Virus record (IMG/VR): IMGVR_UViG_3300028569_002417 | Location: 161,528-225,527 of that record | Length of the DNA stretch: 64,000 nt | Reading direction: 5' to 3' (one strand) | Shown: one piece after another, positions 30,293 to 39,370 of the stretch | Layout of the letters: every line of letters starts with the position of its first letter | Position numbering within the stretch: position 1 is the stretch's first letter | Notes under the pieces: generated by a model | Told to the model about the DNA's origin: nothing | Databases searched by the model: none | The model's input: the letters and a program-made list of their open reading frames with translations, nothing else | Made by a program: the position numbers and the translations under genes

Positions 30293-30321
30293 TTTACAAA
30301 AAAATAAAAGTGTTGTACACT
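30293..30321 (+). promoter_or_regulatory. Sigma70-like promoter of cas12i
   Basis: TTTACA (30293-30298), 17 nt, TACACT (30316-30321); same boxes at 52716-52744. Confidence 0.65.
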
Positions 30322-30362
30322 GCTCAGTAGAAATCCGCCACAAGGGCTACAGGAGCAGTGTC

Positions 30363-33300
30363 ATGGTCAGCGATAGCACTATTCGTCCTTATGCCAGCAA
30401 ATTGGCACCAAATGATCCTAAGCTGAAAATGCTTAACGATACATTCAATTGGCTAGACCATGCATACAAGGTATTCTTTGATGTATCAGTAGCACTTTTT
30501 GGTGCTATTGAACATGAAACTGCTCAAGAATTGATAGGTGAAAAAAGTAAATTCGACGCAGATCTAATCTGTGCTATCATGTGGTTTCGCCTAGAAGAAA
30601 AATCCGATAACCCCGGACCTCTCCAAACAGTAGAACAAAGAATGAGACTGTTCCAGAAATACTCTGGACACGAACCATCTTCTTTCACACAAGAATACAT
30701 CAAAGGAAACATAGATTCAGAAAAATATGAATGGGTAGATTGTCGTCTCAAATTTATAGACTTAGCTAGAAATATTAACACAACCCAAGAATCACTCAAA
30801 ATTGATGCATACACTCTTTTCATGAATAAATTAATTCCTGTAAGCAAAGATGATGAATTCAACGCTTATGGCTTGATTTCACAACTTTTTGGAACAGGAA
30901 AGAAAGAAGACAGATCAATCAAAGCAGCAATGCTTGAAGAAATCTCAAATATTCTCGCAGACAAAAAGCCAGATACTTGGGAAGAATATCATGATTTAAT
31001 TAAAAAAAATTTCAATGTTGATAATTACAAAGAACTTAAAGAAAAATTAAGCGCAGGAAGCAGTGGCCGTGATAGTTCTCTAGTAATTGACCTCAAAGAA
31101 GAAAAAACAGGACTACTTCAACCTAACTTTATCAAAAATCGTATTGTTAAATTCAGAGAAGATGCTGATAAAAAGAAAACTGTATTTTTATTGCCCAATA
31201 GAATGAAATTGAGAGAATTTATTGCTTCACAAATTGGACCATTTGAACAAAATAGCTGGTCAGCTGTTCTAAACAGGTCTATGGCTGCAATTCAATCTAA
31301 AAATAGCAGCAACATTCTATACACTAATGAAAAAGAAGAACGTAATAATGAAATTCAGGAATTGTTAAAAAAAGACATCTTGTCAGCAGCAAGTATATTA
31401 GGCGATTTTCGTCGTGGAGAATTTAACAGATCAGTGGTTTCAAAAAACCACTTGGGAGCAAGACTCAATGAGCTTTTTGAAATATGGCAAGACTTAACAA
31501 TGGATGATGGCATTAGAAAATATGTTGATCTTTGTAAAGATAAGTTTTCCAGAAGACCTGTAAAGGCATTGCTTCAATACATTTATCCATATTTCGATAA
31601 AATTACTGCAAAGCAATTCCTTGATGCAGCTAGTTACAACACACTTGTTGAAACCAATAATCGTAAGAAGATTCATCCAACTGTCACAGGACCAACAGTT
31701 TGTAATTGGGGGCCTAAGTCTACAATTAATGGATCAATAACACCACCAAATCAAATGGTCAAAGGAAGACCAGCAGGATCTCATGGAATGATCTGGGTCA
31801 CAATGACAGTCATAGATAATGGACGTTGGATCAAGCATCACCTTCCATTCTATAACTCACGCTATTATGAAGAACACTATTGCTACAGAGAAGGTCTGCC
31901 TACAAAAAATCAACCTCGTACTAAACAACTTGGAACTCAAGTAGGATCAACAATTTCTGCCACAAGTCTTGCTGCTCTTAAATCTCAAGAAGAGCAAGAC
32001 AGAAGGAATGATCGTAAAAATCGATTCAAAGCCCATAAATCTATCATCAGATCACAAGAGAACATTGAATATAATGTTGCTTTTGATAAGTCAACTAATT
32101 TTGATGTAACACGAAAAAATGGTGAGTTTTTCATCACTATCTCTTCTAGAGTTGCTACTCCAAAATATAGTTATAAATTAAATATTGGCGATATGATCAT
32201 GGGACTGGATAATAACCAAACAGCCCCATGCACATATTCAATTTGGCGTGTAGTGGAAAAAGATACAGAAGGTAGCTTCTTTCATAATAAAATTTGGCTT
32301 CAATTGGTAACTGACGGGAAAATAACAAGCATTGTTGACAATAACCGTCAAGTCGATCAGCTTTCTTATGCTGGCATCGAATACTCCAATTTTGCAGAAT
32401 GGAGAAAAGATCGTCGCCAATTCCTTCGATCAATTAACGAAGATTACGTTAAAAAATCAGATAATTGGCGTAATATGAATCTTTATCAATGGAATGCTGA
32501 ATATTCTCGTTTGCTTCTTGATGTCATGAAAGAAAATAAGGGCAAAAATATTCAAAATACATTCCGTGCAGAAATAGAAGAATTAATTTGTGGTAAGTTC
32601 GGTATAAGATTGGGAAGTCTTTTTCATCATTCACTCCAATTTCTTACTAATTGTAAGAGTCTTATATCATCTTACTTTATGCTTAACAATAAAAAAGAAG
32701 AGTATGATCAAGAGTTGTTTGACAGTGATTTCTTTAGGTTGATGAAAAGTATTGGGGACAAACGTGTTAGGAAACGCAAAGAGAAATCCTCAAGGATTTC
32801 ATCTACAGTATTGCAAATTGCAAGGGAAAATAATATCAAGTCTTTGTGTGTTGAAGGTGATTTACCTACAGCCACAAAGAAGACTAAGCCAAAACAAAAT
32901 CAAAAATCAATAGATTGGTGCGCCCGTGCTGTTGTCAAAAAATTGAATGATGGCTGTAAGGTATTGGGAATTAATTTACAGGCCATTGATCCAAGAGACA
33001 CAAGTCACTTAGATCCATTTGTTTATTATGGAAAGAAATCTACTAAAGTTGGAAAAGAAGCTCGATATACAATTGTTGAGCCATCCAATATAAAGGAATA
33101 CATGACAAATAGATTCGATGACTGGCATCGAGGGGTTACCAAAAAGTCAAAAAAGGGTGATGTTCAAACAAGCACTACTGTTCTTCTTTATCAAGAAGCT
33201 TTAAGGCAATTTGCTAGTCATTACGAACTTGATTTTGACTCTTTGCCAAAAATGAAATTCTATGATTTGGCTAAAAGATTGGGAGATCATGAAAAAGTGA

Positions 33301-33503
33301 TTATCCCTTGTCGTGGAGGAAGAGCTTATCTGTCTACTTATCCAGTGACAAAAGATTCCTCGAAAATAACTTTCAATGGTAGAGAAAGATGGTATAATGA
33401 ATCAGATGTGGTAGCTGCTGTTAACATCGTGCTGAGAGGCATAAGAGATGAAGACGAGCAGCCTGATGATGCCAAAAAACAGGCACTCGCTCGCACAAAG
33501 TAA
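30363..33503 (+). CDS. cas12i: Type V-I CRISPR effector Cas12i (1046 aa)
   Basis: AGGAG RBS then MVSDSTIRPY; LFQKYSGHEPS, FGTGKK, RuvC I IMGLDNN, RuvC II LCVEGDL, DWCARAV, TSHLDPFV, RGGRAYL, RuvC III SDVVAAVNI; adjacent array with AGAAATCCGTC..TTGACGG handle. Confidence 0.93.
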   Translation: MVSDSTIRPYASKLAPNDPKLKMLNDTFNWLDHAYKVFFDVSVALFGAIEHETAQELIGEKSKFDADLICAIMWFRLEEKSDNPGPLQTVEQRMRLFQKYSGHEPSSFTQEYIKGNIDSEKYEWVDCRLKFIDLARNINTTQESLKIDAYTLFMNKLIPVSKDDEFNAYGLISQLFGTGKKEDRSIKAAMLEEISNILADKKPDTWEEYHDLIKKNFNVDNYKELKEKLSAGSSGRDSSLVIDLKEEKTGLLQPNFIKNRIVKFREDADKKKTVFLLPNRMKLREFIASQIGPFEQNSWSAVLNRSMAAIQSKNSSNILYTNEKEERNNEIQELLKKDILSAASILGDFRRGEFNRSVVSKNHLGARLNELFEIWQDLTMDDGIRKYVDLCKDKFSRRPVKALLQYIYPYFDKITAKQFLDAASYNTLVETNNRKKIHPTVTGPTVCNWGPKSTINGSITPPNQMVKGRPAGSHGMIWVTMTVIDNGRWIKHHLPFYNSRYYEEHYCYREGLPTKNQPRTKQLGTQVGSTISATSLAALKSQEEQDRRNDRKNRFKAHKSIIRSQENIEYNVAFDKSTNFDVTRKNGEFFITISSRVATPKYSYKLNIGDMIMGLDNNQTAPCTYSIWRVVEKDTEGSFFHNKIWLQLVTDGKITSIVDNNRQVDQLSYAGIEYSNFAEWRKDRRQFLRSINEDYVKKSDNWRNMNLYQWNAEYSRLLLDVMKENKGKNIQNTFRAEIEELICGKFGIRLGSLFHHSLQFLTNCKSLISSYFMLNNKKEEYDQELFDSDFFRLMKSIGDKRVRKRKEKSSRISSTVLQIARENNIKSLCVEGDLPTATKKTKPKQNQKSIDWCARAVVKKLNDGCKVLGINLQAIDPRDTSHLDPFVYYGKKSTKVGKEARYTIVEPSNIKEYMTNRFDDWHRGVTKKSKKGDVQTSTTVLLYQEALRQFASHYELDFDSLPKMKFYDLAKRLGDHEKVIIPCRGGRAYLSTYPVTKDSSKITFNGRERWYNESDVVAAVNIVLRGIRDEDEQPDDAKKQALARTK

Positions 33504-33630
33504 GTCCTTGTCTTCAAAAGACTTACGAAATTTGCTCTTTGACAAGTAGGTTATTCTCATGTGGGTTAAGCATAACCTCTCGCTAATTGGATCGTAAGTC
33601 CTTACTCAGTATGGTATTGTGGGACAAGCC

Positions 33631-34554
33631 CCCACAATACCTGAGAAATCCGTCCTTCGTTGACGGTGCAATCCATCATGCATAATATAATTTTCATCGC
33701 TTCCCACAATACCTGAGAAATCCGTCCTTCGTTGACGGACCTATTGCTCGCCTGCCAGTGCCTTTCCCAGCGAGTTCCCACAATACCTGAGAAATCCGTC
33801 CTACGTTGACGGCGATGAAAATATACTATGTTATGCAGAAGATTTTATCCCACAATACCTGAGAAATCCGTCCTACGTTGACGGCTATGAGTAATTTTGA
33901 AGCTACAGATAGTTTTCCATACCCACCCACAATACCTGAGAAATCCGTCCTACGTTGACGGTCAAGTAATTCGATGCGTGTTTTATTTGTTTGAACCACC
34001 CACAATACCTGAGAAATCCGTCCTACGTTGACGGCTCCATCGAGACTTGTCGGCCCCACAATACCTGAGAAATCCGTCCTACGTTGACGGCTTGGGCAGT
34101 CCCGAAGGGTCTAACTGCAAAACGCTACCCACAATACCTAAGAAATCCGTCCTACGTTGACGGGGACTAGAGGCGCAGCAGGCTGAAGTTGAAGCTTATG
34201 CCCACAATACCTGAGAAATCCGTCCTCCGTTGACGGCCTGAGCCATGCCGCCAGTTGCTTGGCTTTAGAATTCCCACAATACCTGAGAAATCCGTCCTAC
34301 GTTGACGGGGTTGGAAGAAAAGAAGGGACGATCTTTTTGTTTTGTCCCACAATACCTGAGAAATCCGTCCTACGTTGACGGTGCGATTCAAAAGAGAATG
34401 TTGGGCTTGGCCAGTGGGCCCCACAATACCTGAGAAATCCGTCCTACGTTGATGGGCCGTGTTCTCGATGACGACCCACAATACCTGAGAAATCCGTCCT
34501 GCGTTGACGGAATGAGGTGACCTTCGTAAAGGTAGGCCCACAACACCCAAGAAA
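33631..34554 (+). CRISPR. CRISPR array: 13 full 36-nt repeats, 1 truncated terminal repeat, 13 spacers
   Basis: Consensus CCCACAATACCTGAGAAATCCGTCCTACGTTGACGG starting at 33631, 33703, 33777, 33849, 33926, 33999, 34055, 34128, 34201, 34273, 34346, 34420, 34475; degenerate at 34537. Spacer lengths 36,38,36,41,37,20,37,37,36,37,38,19,26. Confidence 0.98.
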
Positions 34555-34567
34555 GAAGAGGTAAAAG

Positions 34568-35002
34568 ATGTTAAGTCTTGGTCTTTGTGAAGAAGAATCA
34601 TCTTCCGTTGAATTGACTTGCAGTAAAAATTGTTTTGGTATCAAAGGATATCATGGCAGTTGTTGTCGATTGGAAGACAGAGATTTTATAATTGGTCCAA
34701 TTCATGACCCAAAAGAATTTTTAGAAAGATTGAATCGTCATTTTAACCGTGAATTTTCTTGGTCAGATGTTTTTATTGACTATGAAGAAGGTTCTAAAAT
34801 GTTTCCTAACAAATCAACATGGCAAAGCACAACAGCCTATCCTGCTCTGAAAATTGATCTTGATTCTTACGACAAGCGTTGTATATTCTATAATAATCAC
34901 TTAAGGGCCTGTTCAGTTTACGAAATAAGGTCAGTGACGTGTTCACGATTCCAATGCGATCACCTCAAATCAGTTCTGAAGTCGAATGAAGTGAAAGGGT
35001 AG
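34568..35002 (+). CDS. YkgJ-family cysteine-cluster protein
   Basis: CSKNC...SCC, CIFY...CSVYEIRSVTCSRFQC. Confidence 0.75.
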   Translation: MLSLGLCEEESSSVELTCSKNCFGIKGYHGSCCRLEDRDFIIGPIHDPKEFLERLNRHFNREFSWSDVFIDYEEGSKMFPNKSTWQSTTAYPALKIDLDSYDKRCIFYNNHLRACSVYEIRSVTCSRFQCDHLKSVLKSNEVKG

Positions 35003-35042
35003 TCAGATGACTCAAATTTTTACGAAAGGAGGCCAGTCGCAA

Positions 35043-36457
35043 GTGGAGATAGTCGGTTTTGAACATCTTCACTTGCACTAGTTTACTCCGATTTTTCTGT
35101 ATTAGATGGTTTTGGATCTGTAGAAGAGTATTGTGTTCGTGCTCCTCAGATCAATCAAAAGTTTTTAACAATTAGCGATCACGGTATGATGGGAGCAATT
35201 CCACGTCAGATTCGTGGATGTGAAAAAATTAATGACAAGTATGGCAAAGACACTCTTAGCCCCATATTTGCAGTCGAACTGTATATGAATCGTCTTCAGC
35301 CTGAGATGACAGAGCAGGACGAAGGAAAGAAAATATATTCAAGTCTGACAGAAGAAGAGCAAAGCGAATTTAAGTCTAGCAGTCATTTGCTCGCTATTGC
35401 CTACAGCAACGAAGGATATAAGAATCTTGTTCGTCTTTCTAGTTGGGGCTGGACAAAGGGATTTTATCGTCGCCCAAGAGTCAACTACGAACAATTACTG
35501 AAATATAAAGAAGGAATTATTTTCACAAGTTGTTGTTATGCCAGTGAGATTGGAAGAGCATTTGACAAAGGTGGAGAAGAAGCTGGATTCGCTATGGTCG
35601 AGCGTTATGTTGAAATGTTCGGCAAAGAACATTTCTATCTCGAAATAATGCTTTTGGATTTCAAAAAGCAAAAACCATATGATGAATTTATTGTAAAAGC
35701 AAAGGAAAAGTATGGTCTTAAAATCATACTCACAAATGATTGCCATTATTGCAACAAAGAAGATAGTCAATATCAGAGACTTATGTTGATGATGCAGACT
35801 AATCGTACTATTGCCGAAATTGAAAAGGCAATGAAGGAAGATTCAAATCAAGATTTCTTTGAGTTGCAGGATGCGAATCTTTGGATGAAGAGCGAAGAGG
35901 AATTGAATGATAAGTGGTTGAGTGATTATCAAGATTCAATTCCTTATGAGATTTTTTGCGAGGCCAAGAGGACAACTGTTGATATTTGCAAAAAGGCAAA
36001 GGGAGTTCAGCTTGATCGTAGTTTGAAATTACCATTTATTCCCGATGGTGATGAAAAATTGAGGGAAGAAATCATGATTGGTTTCCAAAAAAGGAAGCTC
36101 CCAAAGACAAGGGAATATCTTGATAGAATCAAGGAAGAATACAGTCTTATCATCAGGAAGGGATTTACGAGTTACTTTTTGATTCAAAAGATGATGACAG
36201 ATGAGGCTCGTAGAGTCTGTCGTGATTTGCTTGGATTTGGTGACGGCTCACAGGCTGTTGGTCCCGCTAGAGGCTCAGCAGCAGGTTCACTTATTTGCTA
36301 TTGTCTAGGCATCACTAGTGTCGATCCTGTGCGTGAAGGCTTACTCTTCAGTCGTTTCATGAGTGAAGCTCGTGGAGGAAGAAGCTTGCAGTTAGAATTC
36401 AAGAATATCGATCCTCTTCCACTAGAGGAGTTGGAATTGAGGCAGTCGGGGTTGTGA
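35043..36457 (+). CDS. dnaE: DNA polymerase III alpha, N-terminal PHP part; frame interrupted by 8 nt at 35079-35086
   Basis: AGGAGG + GTG gives MEIVGFEHLHLH, stop; second frame SDFSVLDG..ISDHG..HLLAIA..EGYKNL..TNDCHY..RGSAAGSLICYCLGIT..LLFSRF. Confidence 0.88.
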
Positions 36458-36462
36458 ATAAG

Positions 36463-37080
36463 TCAAGCATTGATTGCAGTGATGTCAGCTTCTTTTTCTG
36501 GTTCTGGAGAAACAGGTTCTTCTATGCAGCCCCTGTAACTTATTTGACCCTCTACTTCTCTTGTTTTATCTGTCATTTGTCTTGAATTTTCTCTTGCTAG
36601 ATCAGCTTGATATGTTGCTTCGTCATCGTTCGGAATTAGTATGCTGTGTGGAAGCCCAGACAACATTGTGTTAATGAGGTTTGAAACTTTTGTAAATAGT
36701 TCTTTTTCCATGAAAAGTTTTTGGCAAATTGTGATTTGTCTTCTTGTTGTTGCTTCACTTATTGAATCTCTTACTTCATCATAATTCATAAGACGATGTC
36801 TCATCATGTTGATGAAAACAGTTTTTGAGTTTGAAAAACCTCTTTCTCTGCCTCTCATTTCTGCTTCTAGTTCTTTTACATATTGTTCTTTGCTTTCTCT
36901 TTCAATGTTTTTTATAGAGAAAAATCGTTTATCTCTTTTACCACTTGATTTCATCGCACCTATGATGACCATTTCAAGCTTTGGAAAAGATACAACTTTT
37001 GTTCTTGTTGCTGCTTCAAAGAGAAACTGATTGCATTCAAGTATTTCTCTTTCAACAAGCCATTCAATGAATGAAAACAT
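36463..37080 (-). CDS. Hypothetical protein, capsid-targeting-like N-terminus
   Basis: MFSFIEWLVERE. Confidence 0.6.
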   Translation of the reverse strand: MFSFIEWLVEREILECNQFLFEAATRTKVVSFPKLEMVIIGAMKSSGKRDKRFFSIKNIERESKEQYVKELEAEMRGRERGFSNSKTVFINMMRHRLMNYDEVRDSISEATTRRQITICQKLFMEKELFTKVSNLINTMLSGLPHSILIPNDDEATYQADLARENSRQMTDKTREVEGQISYRGCIEEPVSPEPEKEADITAINA

Positions 37081-37105
37081 ATTTTACCTTTTTTAGAAAC
37101 TTTAA

Positions 37106-37912
37106 TTATTTATGCATGGTTGACAACAGTTTTTGAGGACAAACTTTATTATTTATTGTTATAATTTGATAATTATCTGGGTTGCAGCAAGGAATGGTAG
37201 ATGGTTCATAATCCATAATTTCAGGGACGTTAAATATAAATTTAACTATATCTTTCTGCCAACTTATTCTTTCACGAACTTTAGTTTCATCTGGATAAAG
37301 AAGAGTCATTCTTGGATGGTTAATAGAACCAGCATAATGGCTTGTTCCTGTATCGCATCCAACATAGTATTTTGATTTTTGAATATATTTGAATGTTGTG
37401 TGGATATCATCACTATAAACAACATTCTTGTCATTCAAAGGAAATAAATTTTTCTTTTCCGAATCGATCACACAGATTGTATCTTTGAATTTAGATTTAA
37501 GTGCGTAAAATAATTCTTGTGGGTTATTTATTGCTCTGGGAGTATTGTATTCAGGTGAAAGACAAGGTATGAAAACACAGTCATACTGAATTTCTGATTC
37601 ATTATATTTATATTGGCTTTCTGTGTAAAAGCCATTTTTCGACAGAAAAGGCGACCAAATCCATAAGTTTATGAAATTAACATTTGGATTTGAATTGATG
37701 TTATCAGGCAAGAAACGAACAAGATTGTCTGGAAACAATGATAATGCTGATATATGTGTGTTTGAATCTTTGTAGTCAATATTTATATTTTTTGATTTGA
37801 TGTATTTGTACAAAGCAGTACATTGAATTTCATCTCCAATCCTATTGGTGTAATTGGATTGGTAGATTGAATGACTGACAGAATCCCAGATTTCTTTGAA
37901 TTTATTAAACAT
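37106..37912 (-). CDS. GT9-like (heptosyltransferase-type) glycosyltransferase
   Basis: RIGDEI, YYVGCDTGTSHYAG. Confidence 0.65.
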   Translation of the reverse strand: MFNKFKEIWDSVSHSIYQSNYTNRIGDEIQCTALYKYIKSKNINIDYKDSNTHISALSLFPDNLVRFLPDNINSNPNVNFINLWIWSPFLSKNGFYTESQYKYNESEIQYDCVFIPCLSPEYNTPRAINNPQELFYALKSKFKDTICVIDSEKKNLFPLNDKNVVYSDDIHTTFKYIQKSKYYVGCDTGTSHYAGSINHPRMTLLYPDETKVRERISWQKDIVKFIFNVPEIMDYEPSTIPCCNPDNYQIITINNKVCPQKLLSTMHK

Positions 37913-37922
37913 ATAAAAAAAA

Positions 37923-37948
37923 TTAAGGGGAGAAAAATCTCCCCTTAA
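37923..37948. terminator. Hairpin, probable terminator on minus strand
   Basis: ttaaggggaga / tctccccttaa with A run on left. Confidence 0.6.
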
Positions 37949-37972
37949 CAATTGAGTTATGATTATTTATTT

Positions 37973-38893
37973 TCACTCATCTTCATCTTCATCTTCATCT
38001 TCATCTTCATCTTCATCTTCATCTTCATCTTCATCTTCATCTTCATCTTCATCTTCATCTTCATCTTCATCTTCATCTTCATCTTCGTCTTCTTCTTCAT
38101 CTTCGTCTTCGTCTTCATCTTCATCTTCATCTTCATCTTCATCTTCATCTTCATCTTCATCTTCATCTTCATCTTCATCTTCATCTTCATCTTCATCTTC
38201 GTCTTCATCTTCGTCTTCGTCTTCATCTTCATCTTCGTCTTCATTTGAAGCTATTTCAAAGATTGATTGGTTGAGTTTACGATTGAAGGATTCGTTGGTG
38301 GCAACTAGTGTTGCGATTGTTTCTATTGCTTCTGGCTGTTGTGACATGGTTAGCAAGAAAGCTTCAAAAAGACCTGTGCGCTTCATTTGGAGAACTGCGT
38401 CAAGGATATACTTTTCGTTTTCTTCGCAAACAGAGATTGCCTCTTTGATTGCTTCGTAGGCATGAGAAGGGTTGACGCTAAGACCAGCAAGTCTTTCGTT
38501 ACGAACCTTTTTTGTGAATTCGGCAAGGCTTAGTCTTTTGTTGCTATCAAGCCATTCTTGAGTCGTTTTGACATGAGGATAGCTACCTTTTTCTTTTGGT
38601 TCTTCGCCATGTGCTTTGGTTGGCATTTTTTCATAACCTTTGCCACCTTTATGACCAAGACCGTCAGAACCGAATCCTTTGTTGCGGTCAGCAGCATCTT
38701 TTCCGCCCTTGTAGGGAGAAACGCTACCGCTTTGGCTTTTGCCACCTGCATTTTTAGGGGTTTTGCCAAGACTTGGTGCTGTTGGTGTTGGGCCTTCATA
38801 ATCTGCTACGATATCGACTCTTGCTTTTTGTCCTTTGTCGTGAGCCTTTTTTCTCATTGACTCAACATAGGACTGAAAATTTTGGTTTACCAT
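37973..38893 (-). CDS. Protein with 89-residue Asp/Glu C-terminal tract
   Basis: GGAG RBS, MVNQNFQSYVES; (ED)n tail. Confidence 0.7.
   Translation of the reverse strand: MVNQNFQSYVESMRKKAHDKGQKARVDIVADYEGPTPTAPSLGKTPKNAGGKSQSGSVSPYKGGKDAADRNKGFGSDGLGHKGGKGYEKMPTKAHGEEPKEKGSYPHVKTTQEWLDSNKRLSLAEFTKKVRNERLAGLSVNPSHAYEAIKEAISVCEENEKYILDAVLQMKRTGLFEAFLLTMSQQPEAIETIATLVATNESFNRKLNQSIFEIASNEDEDEDEDEDEDEDEDEDEDEDEDEDEDEDEDEDEDEDEDEDEDEDEDEEEDEDEDEDEDEDEDEDEDEDEDEDEDEDEDEDEDEDEDE
37976..38242 (-). repeat. Hexanucleotide microsatellite (GAAGAT)n encoding (ED)n
   Basis: Directly visible; occasional GAC variants and one EEE. Confidence 0.97.
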
Positions 38894-38972
38894 TTTTTCT
38901 CCGTTTGCGTAAAACAACCTGTTAATCTATATAATCAATTAAAATTAAAAAAAACGTACTAAATAAAATTAC

Positions 38973-39324
38973 GGGGCCGTATTTAGAATTCGATTCGGAT
39001 GGACGGCTTGTGAGTGGCATGTAGAGGTTGGTCAGAAGGCCTCTTAAAAAATCTGACTAAAGCCTTAACTGGCGAAACTGTTTACGCTATGGCTGCATAA
39101 GTGCAACCACAGACTTAGGTAGCGATGCTAGTAGCGACCGAAAGTTTGATGTAAAATCTGGCTGGTCATATGCATTTCAATGGGCAAATGACGAGATAAA
39201 GTTGATAGTGCTGAAAAAGGTTTTATTTGTTGTACCTTTTCAGATGACATCAAGCAATAAAATAAACATGTAGAGGCTCACAGGTAGTTATGCGAAGACA
39301 GCGGGGCGGGTCCGCTCGGCTCCA
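38973..39324 (+). ncRNA. ssrA: tmRNA; tag peptide (A)GETVYAMAA
   Basis: 5' GGGGCCG pairs with 3' CGGCTCC-A including G3-U; ATTCGA motif; TAACT-GGC resume codon 39071, stop 39098-39100; 352 nt. Confidence 0.9.
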
Positions 39325-39370
39325 CTTGCCATGAAGACCTCTTGTTCATAAAATAGAACAAGGGGTCTTT

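Noticed and set aside
30261-30362. Longer 1080-aa Cas12i start from the ORF track
   Set aside because: The extension crosses a terminator and promoter; the RBS supports ATG 30363
33667-33848. Spacer 1 reverse complement resembles spacer 3 (CGATGAAAAT...TTATGCA)
   Set aside because: Needs a 4-nt gap in AT-rich sequence and the implied peptides differ; probably chance
33631-34554. Full self-targeting of the window by array spacers
   Set aside because: No extended match seen by eye; an alignment is needed to exclude it formally
33826-34644. Minus-strand ORFs over the array
   Set aside because: Translations of repeats and spacers
35079-35081. TAG reassignment (alternative genetic code) to explain the dnaE stop
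   Set aside because: The downstream part is in a different frame, and thyX, spoVR and infC end normally at TAG
37952-38459. Poly-IF, poly-S and poly-MK ORFs
   Set aside because: Alternative frames of the (GAAGAT)n microsatellite
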